A stretch of 64,000 bases of DNA, taken from NCBI RefSeq assembly GCF_036321535.1, contig NC_087436.1, forward strand, positions 23,624,001 to 23,688,000, given 5' to 3'. Positions 36,488 through 46,280 of this stretch are shown here, one piece after another (positions within the stretch are counted from its first letter, which is position 1; each line of letters begins with the position of its first letter). Made by a program: the position numbers and the translations under genes. The DNA comes from Camelus dromedarius (Eukaryota). Below the pieces are notes generated by a model. The model was not told where the DNA came from, ran no database searches, and worked only from the letters and a program-made list of their open reading frames with translations.

Positions 36488-38499
36488 AAAAATGTTATTT
36501 TTAAGACAAGTTTCTTAACATGGGGGTTTTGACAAAATGCCAAACCAGTCGGTGATAGCTGGTTAATGGTCCTATCATATGCCTGTTTGGAAACATTTGG
36601 TGGAAACACAGTACTGGGAATATTGCAGTAGTTTCTCCCATCTTGCTAAAAGTATTCGCCTCCTTGTTGTCACCAGGAAGCGAAGAAAGTGAGCTGGAAG
36701 ATGCTGTTGTGAAATTTCTGGTCTTTCAGGGATAGTCAGATGAGTGACCAAACTTTACCCTCTTTCCCATCATTCTCTTTACTTAACTCTTTGCTATTGT
36801 TCAGAGGATTAACCCATTTCTTCTTTCTGGCCACCCTCCACCCTCTCTTTCCCCTCGGTGCATTCCCTCTTGCAATATCCTGTTTCTAAAAGAGCTTCTC
36901 TTTTAGTATCTTCTAAGCCAACAGCCTTTTCTTTTAATCCCATTTCCAACTTCTGTCTTTCGTGGAAGAACAACCAGGTATCTCCCGCCCTCCCCTTCTT
37001 TGGATTTACCTGGGTGGTACCTGCTGAACATGGAAGAAATGATTCTGGCATGAAGTGAACAGAATCTAGTCTTCGCTTTTTCCCTCATCTGAGCTGCTCC
37101 ACTACATTTGAGGGTCCGAGAAAATGGTGAGGGGCTGTGGGAGGCAGGAGAGGAGGGCGAGATAGGTACCCAGCAGGGGAGACACCACCATCAGGAGAGG
37201 AGATGCAAGAGGGACAGAGGAGCGAGGATTATCCAGACCTAAAAAAAAAAAAAAATTTCAGAAGTGGAATCTGCCTTGAAATAGATCCACCTCTTGTGCT
37301 CTTGACCTGAATTTAAATCTTAGTCTGCGTTTCGCATGGATGGGGAGGTGTGGGACAGGCTATATCTGGTCGTTTTTTTGGCTGATCGGGTTTCCGGTTT
37401 CATTGTGTTTTAAAATAAAGCTGCCCATACAAATGAGCTCTCTAGGGTGTTGAGTCGTTTTAGGTCGTCGTAGGTCTTGATGGGCAAGGCCCGTCAAGCG
37501 GTTACGTAGTTCCAGCTGGGTGAGGGTGAGCAGTGGTTCATTTGTCTCAGTGTAAGATTTCCCCATAAACACAGTGGGCCCCAGTAAAGTGCTAAAACTT
37601 AAAGCAAACAAACAAAACAAAAACAAAAACAACCTAACCACACTCTTTGATAGAAGCCATTCTTAAAATATTTTGCATTTCCTTCCCTCTGCAGGAAGAG
37701 ATTATTGGACAGAATTCACTCTCTCTTGCTATCTCAGCTATTGTTATCAGGGTAAATATCGTACCTCTGTTGTGTAATGGTGTCATTAGGGTCTGTTCAT
37801 ATGTGAACTCGTTGTCCCTAAACGTGAAATGTCCCCAGACTGCTGAGTACTTTGTGTTCTTTTACAATTTGTCTCCTCTTTCGCACGTCAGTAGCCCTTG
37901 TACTGCTACCACTGTGTTGGCCCCTGGGAGTCTCTATCCACCCCACACCCCCTCATATTTTACATCTAACTTGCTGTGCCTGGGGGATGAAATCACACAG
38001 ATTACTGGAGGTGCAGTTAAAGCGAGAGCAAATAGCTGTGAGTGCAGACCAGATGATCCCTAAAAAGTTCTCTCTTCGAGCTCTCGTGTGCACACTTTCT
38101 GATACTAGGCTTCTCCGGAGTGTGTCTGCCTAAGGTTCCAGCCTGGATTCTGGTTAGCTAAGGCTTCAAGACAAGCTGTCATTCTGTGACTCACCACGTA
38201 CTGTTTTAAGCAACAACGCAGCATCAGAGAATAAAAGGATGTCTAATCGTCTCCAGTTTCCTGCCACAGTTGACGTCATTGTCATCGTCATCACCTTCAA
38301 CTCCATCACATTGTTAAGTACCCGAAGCAGATAAGTTGCCAGACAAAACATGTTACATAGACACAATCCTTGGTGTCTGGGAGTCTGTCTCCTTTAAATA
38401 GATAGCATGGAAATGGATCTAATTCTGGCTAAGGTATGGATTGCCCTGCGGTAATAGATGGCATTAACCTGTCATCTGAAAGTGTAAGTGCAGTGTCCC

Positions 38500-39270
38500 A
38501 GTTGCTGAGAACCTGCTGTGTGTAACAGGTGTGCCTGTGTGAACGGGGTGCTGAGACCACAAGCAGAAATATTATGCAGGCACTGCCCCTCACCCCTAGG
38601 TGCCCAGGAGGAACTAGGTGCAGTGACAGAAATGTGTGTGAACATGATGGGGGCCCAGAGGGGCAGCACGTAGCGTGCTCTGCAGGTGAAGTCAAAGAAA
38701 AAGACTAGGCAAAGTTTAGTTATTAGATGCAAGAGGTGGGGGAGGGGCCGTTCTCAGGTGAGCCAGGACAAGGGGGAGGCAGGCACTGCAGGTCATGCTG
38801 CTGGGAGTGACTGCAGTGACAGTGGAGAGGCATATGGGTTCGGACCGTCATGCTGAGAAAGGGGCACTGGACCATGGAGTTATGTATTAGGTCTTTCCTC
38901 GGGGGCAGGTGGGTGAGGATTATGAATGGCATGGGTTTGGGCTTGAACTAGGGCCATGGCCTCATCTCTGGATTCTGGGAGCTGGATTTGAGACATGGGT
39001 GTGAAGTAAAATTCTAAAAGCTTGTTGATGGCTGCAGGGGGTGAGGAGAGGGAGCAGTGAAGCCTGCACCCCAGCCCTAAGGGCAGGGGTGTCACTAAGG
39101 GAAGGGTCACTTTGGAGAGGAAGATAATGGATTCCACTTTGGATGTGCAGGTTTGGCCTGTCTGTGGAGATGGGCAGGGCAGCACTGGCGGTCCAGGCTG
39201 AGCTCTCGGGATGATCTCTCAGAGAATCTGGTTTGGGGTGGGGGGGTCCCATGGCTTTGCTCTGTGAGAG
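38500..39270 (-). mobile_element. Decayed L2 LINE fragments
   Basis: gttgctgagaacctgctgtgtg…ggatttgagacatgggtgtgaagtaaaattc…ggggtgaggagagggag…gaagataatggattccactttggatgtg resembles antisense L2. Confidence 0.55.
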
Positions 39271-39514
39271 TTGGAGAGAGCAGCTGGCGTGGCTGGAAAT
39301 GGATAGGTAGGAGCAAAGGTTCTTCTCGTTCAAAGTTAAATCTGACAAAAGAGAATGGAGAAAGGTATGTTGCACCCCAACTGCAGGGGACTCTGTGATG
39401 CTGAGAAAGGTGGGGCTCCTGGCTGAGCCACACCCGCCAACCCCCAGGGCAGCTTCAAGGACGATGGGGAGCAGCAGCCTAGGCTGTGGCCGGGCAGCTC
39501 CTTTGCAGACGTGG

Positions 39515-39890
39515 GCCCAGATCCGCCCTGCTGATTGGCCTGGGTTTCTTTCTGGGCCATCGATCATTGGCAGGCTTCCAGACTTCAGTGGGGCGGCCAC
39601 TCATGGGGGAAGGGCCGGAGAAGAGGAACTTGTTTCTCTATCAAATGACTTTTGGCTTTCAGACAAAAGAAAAAGGACAGTTTATTGCACACTCTGTAAC
39701 CCAGAGAGAAGCTACTGCTCAGCTGAGAAAGAGAGAGACAGAGACAGAGAGAGACAGAGGAAGGAGGGAGGGAGGGAGGGAGGGAAGGGGAAGATGTTTG
39801 AATAGTGTGTTCAGCTTGAAACAGCACTTTTAAAAACATGAAAGGAAGGGAAAGTGACTTTTGTGTGGGCCCCTAATTAGGAAGTTCACA
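39515..39890. promoter_or_regulatory. Candidate internal promoter or enhancer (GC box, two CCAAT boxes, GC box, CArG/ETS)
   Basis: CCGCCC 39523-39528; ATTGG 39534-39538 and 39566-39570; GGGGCGG 39590-39596; CCTAATTAGG 39872-39881 overlapping AGGAAGT 39879-39885. Confidence 0.4.
39725..39793. repeat. (GA)n/(GAGACA)n plus (GGGA)5 purine-rich simple repeat
   Basis: gagaaagagagagacagagacagagagagacagaggaaggagggagggagggagggagggaaggggaag read directly. Confidence 0.9.
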
Positions 39891-41769
39891 CTCTGGCCAC
39901 TAGCCATCTCAGGAACCACACTCTCCATCTTTTGAAGTGCTCTCTCTTTCTCTCAGCAGAGCTGGGTCAGGGTGATGACTGAAAAGGAGCAGGAAAGGAG
40001 CAAATTAGTTCCAAGTTTAAAGTTTTCTTAATTAGAAAAGGTGAGAGAAGATGAGTGAGGGCCGTGGGGGTCTCCCCCAGCCAGCATCGGAGGCACCTGG
40101 TTAGCTTTATTTGACGTGTAATTTTTCTTGGTTATTCACTGGACAGACTCCCTTCTCTGGTATTCAGTGGGGAGTGTGGAGCCTGAGGATGGCAGTCAGC
40201 TCAAGCTAGGCCATCTCATTTTTGCACAGCCGAAGATGAGGTAGACAATTACTTTGGCACCTCACCAGCCCTTTTAGCCCCTCTCCACACACTCAGCAGG
40301 AGGACAGGTTCATCTTCCCGTGCCCCCTCCCCCTTTCCCTCCCAGATTTCTACCTTAGCTGGGTGAAATCCTGGTGTACACGGATCTTGCCTGCAAATAG
40401 AGCCAACAGCGCCTGTTAACGTCATCAGGCCTGTGAATACTCATTGGCAGAGAAGTTAGGAGGAGTATTTTAGACCCAGAGACTGGGCTGTGTAGATCCA
40501 GCTAGAACAGATCTCCTCCAGCCTCAGCTGCTGGCCCTTCCGCTGTGGTTGCTGGAGCTTTGGAGGATGGAATGTCAGAGGGAGCTTGCTGCAAACTGCA
40601 GGGTGAGCAAGACAACCTCACTGCTATTCAGCTGGGGAAACGAAGATGCTGACAACCCAGAGATCGCCTACCACCCAGCCAGCCAATAGATACTCTGCCC
40701 TCTACATTGGCACATGCTGCCTTCCTAGTTGCTGCCAACCATCTGTAGTGGATCAGGCAGGAGCCAGTTGTAAAAGACTTGGTCTGTTCCTCAGCCTCTC
40801 ATCCTTTCCCCTTTGCTTCCCGTAGTAGTCAGGGTTTAAACCACATGCTTTTACGTCCCAGGTAGATCAAGTGCATTCCAAAGGATGTCTCAAGCTAGGT
40901 TAATAACATTTCAACTAAGATGCTTCCTCTGCAAACAGGGGAGGTTTAAATCTTCTGGGATAAAAACCTTAAGGAAGTGAACAATGGTATATAGATTTGA
41001 TCCAGGAAGACAGAGTAAACAAAATATTTGCAAAGACAAGACTTCACTTTTGTGGTTAGGACCCACTGAGCAACCAGAGAGACATCTTTTCAGAAACTAA
41101 AAATCTGGACACAGCAACTGGCAAGGTGTTGTGTTTGTTTCTTTGTTTTTCTGATTTAATTATAACAATTCACATCTGGTTATGCCTTTAAGGAATCTTT
41201 TTAAATCAAATTTTATGACAAAGTACGAATCTACCACAAATCTGTAATATGGCAATAGTCTACAAATACAATTTTTAGATATTTCAACTCAGAAGTGCCT
41301 ATGAAAATCCACACGTTCCCTACACTTCAGGGCCAGATTATAGGTAAATAACCCCCCTGTGTGGAAATCTGAGTTTGAAAAAGAGCAGTGAGAACTGAGT
41401 GAAGGTTTTGCTGTCTTCATAATTGGCCCTTGTGCCTGTATTGATTTCACAATAAAACATTGCAGTCATCCTGGCTACTTCCCCTGCTTGTCTCTTGTCT
41501 GCTGTCACTCTCAGCAGCTAAAATTTCTAGTGCTTTAATACCACTATCATCACTGTTGACTTGGGGCTTTTAAGGGTCAGATAGCTCTCTTTCCGGTTGC
41601 CTCGGTGTAGACCAGGCTCAGAACAGTGCGGTAGGGACCCTTGGGTCCTTGGGTTCCACTGGAGAGGTTTTGTGGGCCTCTCTTCAGAACACCCCTGCAA
41701 CTTCCACAGAGCAGCCCCTGCAAGCCAGCGTCCTGTCCTGGTGTTTCCTGGTCCCCTGTCGCCTGGGCC

Positions 41770-41990
41770 GGGCCCCTGACGGCACACATTGAAACGCAAA
41801 TGACAGCAGTAATTGGCTGAGAGATAAACCAGGACAAGTGAGTGAGCAGTGCAGCGGGGAGTTAAGTGGCTAAGTGACAATTACTGCACTGCAGCCTCCG
41901 GGATCAGGAGCTGCCAGCCGTTTGTTCTCTGTTTTAAAGGAGCTATAACGCATTAATTGGAGGAGGGCTTCTCGGTTAAGGCAAACATGC
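41770..41990. promoter_or_regulatory. Candidate developmental enhancer (TALE and homeodomain motifs)
   Basis: Repeat-free, retains CpG. Contains TGACAG next to TAATTG (aaatgacagcagtaattgg), AGATAA, TTAAGTGG, TGACAATTA and ATTAATTGG. Confidence 0.35.
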
Positions 41991-43309
41991 CTCACCTGGT
42001 TTCTCCTCTGAGTCTGTTTTGAGGAGGGGGCGTAGGTGGCCTAGAGATGGATGGCTGTGTTGACTGCCTCTTCCCAATGCTAACCCCTCCCCTCCTCCAA
42101 CTGGATTAGAATTTTGAAAGTTTAGGTCCTTGACCCTGGGAAATCCATAGTTGGCTTAGTTTGAAGATTTTGTAAAGGCTGTTTTGCAGGAGGGACACGT
42201 TAACTCTTGGTCACAAGATTCTGGTGTCTACATCAGGAAAAAGCTGGGCCTTAAAATCAGTCTAAGTTCCCTTCTTTCCCCTAAAGAACTCCATTAACCC
42301 TGTGAATTTTTTTTTTTTAAGTTTTATTGCAAAAATGATGTATTAGCCAGATATAGCTATGAACAACAGAGAAGGTCCCTGCCCTTTTTGGAGGTTATAG
42401 TCTGGTTTGAAGAGAAGGATAAGACATAAATAAAACTATTATCTGTTGTTTTACTTGCTCTGTGTGGAGATTCATAATAAGAAGTTTGGGGTTCTGTGGA
42501 AATTGGGGGAAGTGGGGAAAGGGGAGTTGTGATCTAGTGTTGGCTGGGCTAGGCCTGCCCTGCTTTCTTTGAAAGGCCATTTTACCCCTTTTCTGTTCAT
42601 AAACAACCATTAAGATGATTAGCTTGGACTTGAGATAAGCAGACTAAACAAACCCAAGAACTAGCTGAGAGCCCTTTCTCTGTATAATCTGCCTTTCTGC
42701 TACATTCAGACAAAGTTCTCTGGGTCTGAACACCTCACAAGTACTGTCTAATGGACTCTTTTTGGGTTGGTTGGTTTCCTTCAGCCTAGCTGAATTTTCA
42801 CTAACCATCTCCTCTGGTCCAAAGGGTTCTAACAGCTTCTTTTGCCTTGTGCAGAGAACTGGTCATTTCAGGAACAGACACTTGTCTGCTTTGGGACACG
42901 TTTCTACACAGAGGCCTAAACCTCTAAAAATCAGCAAAATGATTAAAGAAAAAAGTAGACCCTTTCTAGTGGCTGGTCAGAGAAGCACATTGCTTCTCTT
43001 GCTTAGTCTTGGAAGGCCTCAAGAAAAGCTGGCCTCTCAGCCAATGCTAGCTCTGCTGCGCACCCTGAGGGCGGGATAGAAGATGCGGCTGTGCCTGGTT
43101 GTGAGCCATGGTCCAGGCAGGGCTTTTTGCTACAATGCCCACTTCTCCGTGAACTCACCAGGGCTTGTCTAAGGAGAAAAGGCCTTCTGAAGGCCAGTTT
43201 CTGAAGAAAGCCTGGATAAGAATTTGTGGAATCACATAGTAGTAGCTATAGACTGTCCAAAAAGATGAATAAATTGCTCCTTTGAATAAAGCTTTTCTAC
43301 ATAGAAATT

Positions 43310-43575
43310 TAGCTTTGTGGTAAGAGTTAGACTCTAGGTTTGACTTTAGACTCTAGGTTTGACTTCTGACCCTGCCATCTACTTGCCATTTGACTTGAGA
43401 AATTGTTTAGTCTCTCAGTTTCTCCACTGTCAAATGAGGATAACATAACCCATTTGGGGACTGCTCTGAGAGGTAGATGAGTTTCTGTAGCCCTTAGTCA
43501 GTCTGTGTGGGAGCACTTAAAACAGTACCTGGAACACAATAAGTGCTAATTAAATGTTAGCTGTTGTTGTTACTG
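43310..43575 (+). mobile_element. MIR SINE with an internal 19-bp tandem duplication
   Basis: gtggtaagag…ccctgccatctact…tctcagtttctccactgtcaaatgaggataa…gcacttaaaacagtacctggaacacaataagtgct. Confidence 0.8.
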
Positions 43576-43984
43576 CCATGTTGTTACTATTATTCACGCT
43601 CTGTACCTCATTTCTTTAGTATGAATCACAAGAGTAATAACAACATTCCAACATTCCGTGAACGCCATGCAGGGCCAGGGCAGCCCAAAAATCATTCCCA
43701 CTTGGGTTCATTTTACTTTTTCATTGTTAGATGTACCACACTGGAAAATGAGCTTCACAGAAAGGATTCTGTAGAATGTTTGTCTAAAGACTAAAGACAA
43801 CAGTAACGCCACAGAAACAAGCAGCAAATTATCTGGATACAAACGTGGTTCATCAGTCTTAGAACCAAATGGTGATAGCAAATACAGAAGGTTAATATTA
43901 ACTCCTTAGGGGAAACTGCCCAGCTATTATGTTGTTGAAAATTGCATTGGATTTGGAGAAATAGGTTTTTTCATGCCTTAAATC

Positions 43985-44320
43985 ATTTGATTCACATACA
44001 GCACAACTCACTCTTTTTGGTGTAATGTTCTGTGAATTTTGGCAGATGCACAGAGTCATGTAACCACTACAGTCAAGACACAGAACAATTCCGTTACTCC
44101 AGCTCCAAAGAAAATTTCCTCATGTTATCCTTTTGTAGTCAGACCCTCCCCTCATCTTCAATCCCTAGGAACCACTGATCTCTCTCTCTCTATCCCTGTA
44201 GTTTGCCTTTTCCAGAACATCATGTGAATGTAGTCACAGAGTATGTAGCCTTTTGAATCTGACTCCTTCACTTAGCATAATGCATTTGAGGTTCGTTCAT
44301 GCTGTTGTGTATATCAGTAA
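43985..44320 (-). mobile_element. L1MB-like 3' end
   Basis: gattcacatac…agtcatgtaaccactacagtcaagacacagaaca…aaccactgatct…gtttgccttttccagaa…gtatgtagccttttgaatctgactccttcacttagcataatgcatttgag. Confidence 0.85.
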
Positions 44321-44337
44321 AAAGTTTATTTTTAACT

Positions 44338-44510
44338 CACAAATCATTGGATTCTAGAGCTGAGTGGAATCTTAAAGATCAGAGCCAAACACTCAGTTAT
44401 CAGCTGAAGAAACAGAGACCCCTACGGTGAAGTGACTTACTCAAGGTCATGAAGCTAATTAAAGAATGCTCAAGAATTTGGAATCTCCTCATGTTAGTCC
44501 AGGCAACATC
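44338..44510 (-). mobile_element. MIR fragment
   Basis: tagagctgagtggaatcttaaagatc…cagctgaagaaacagagaccc…gtgaagtgacttactcaaggtcatgaagctaat. Confidence 0.75.
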
Positions 44511-46003
44511 TGTTAAATCATGCTGGGAATAAGAAAAATGGGTAGCTGATTGTCAAGGGGGAGTTCCATTCTTTTTATTTTTGATCAAAATCTGATCAAG
44601 CAAACTGAACCTTATTTATAATAATTTTGGAAGGAGTAGATTTCTAGGAGGTGTCATTTCTTCATAAAGCAGTCTTTTGGTAACACATTTCTCTCTGTGG
44701 CACATCTGTATGTTAATTATGATTTGATAATAGAGCTTAACCTGAAGTCCTATTATTTATCTATGTCTACAATATCTTTTTGATATCTGATTTATAGGAG
44801 TATTCTGATTACTGTCTTCCTTTTAGTTGACATTTTAAATACCCTTGTTTCTAGGTGGCTTTTTCTAGAGCACACAGCTAGTGGATCCAGGTTGGAATTA
44901 AGAGCTATTGATTCCTTGGTTCATTTGTTAAACAATTATTTGTGGAAATTCTACTACGTAGGAAGCACTGAACCATGGGAGATATAATTAAGACACTGTT
45001 TTTAAGAAGTTTACATTTGAATTGGTACAATGAAATGGGTACACAAGAAACTCTAGTTCAAAATAGTTCTTCTGAGTACACTTAGAATCTTACTAAGCAC
45101 TGAGAAGATATAAAGATGATAATGCAAACTCTCTTTCCTCAAGAAGCTTATAAATACCAAAGAAAGGTAAAAATTGAGTGTGATTGGTTAGGGACCAGTT
45201 GGAATGTGTTTTAGTGATGCATAAAGCACCCCAGAATTTTGTGCCCAGGAGGGACAGGTCAGATCTGTGCTATAGGAAGTTTATTTGGTAGCAGCATATG
45301 GGATGGATGGAGAAGCAAAGACTAGAATACCCAGAAAGCAAGTTTGCTGGGAAATGCGTCGGTCTGGGCAGAAATGAGGAAAGTCATGAGTGAGAATGGA
45401 AGAGAAAAGGTGTTTTGGAGAGAGAATAACTGGCTGAAAGAAGGAACATTCAAAGAAGATTATAAGATTGTACCTGGATGACTGGATGGGCAGCCCTGAC
45501 ATGACGGAGAAATTGGGGGGTGTCTGCAAGCAGGGGCCAGGTGGAAAGTGGATGGAGGAGAATGTTGTAAGGGGGGAGGGAAAGGGCTTTCTCCCTTTGA
45601 ATAGATCAATTTTGTGGGAACAATTTTGCATATGTGGGAACCTGTTAATAAGTATTTACAAATGATTGTTACTCATATCTAGAAGGCTAAGTGTGTCCCA
45701 TTTTCCTTAACATAATTCCTTAAGAATTGTGGGTTTTGCCCTCAAGAGTTGATGGCGTATTTTGTTGTGGTTACATAATTGTTTTTGACCCCATTTCCCA
45801 CCGGTGGCACTACTCCATGCTTAAAAAGAGGCAGTGCGAGTCTTGAAGTGGATAGACAGTTTACATAGGGTGAAATACAGACCATAAATTATCGCTCTGA
45901 AAAGGACACACCTTAATTAGGAGTTAAAGGAACACATATTAAGACAAATTTAGGGTGAAATTTCGTGCCTAAGAAACTAGAGACAAAGTAAATAGAAGTT
46001 TTA

Positions 46004-46280
46004 AACCCAGTGTTGGTCAAAATATGGGAAACCATCTTCACTTACACTTTGTTGATGTTTCTGTAAATGAATATGTTATATCTAGAGAAGAGTCTTGCAA
46101 TAATTAAAAAGAGCTAAAACTTTACTTTTCATAGCCTTAAAACCACAGAAATCCTCAAATACTTATAAAGAATGAAGTTTCTTGGGGCAGCATTATTTAC
46201 AACAGTGAAAAACTAAGAACAGTACAAATCTCCAAATAACAGAATGTCGAGGTAAATATTGCTTAATAGGATATTTTATT
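46004..46280 (+). mobile_element. Old L1 (L1ME-like) ORF2-end fragment
   Basis: aacccagtgttggtcaaaatatggg…gcagcattatttacaacagtgaaaaactaagaaca…aaatctcca. Confidence 0.6.

Noticed and set aside
38962..39600. 212-aa ORF on - and overlapping ORFs
   Set aside because: Largely overlaps decayed L2 sequence, has Pro/Ser/Leu-rich composition, and resembles no known protein.
43327..43364. CRISPR-like or other prokaryotic repeat system
   Set aside because: Only two abutting copies with no spacers and no cas-like ORFs. The whole window is mammalian, repeat-laden DNA.
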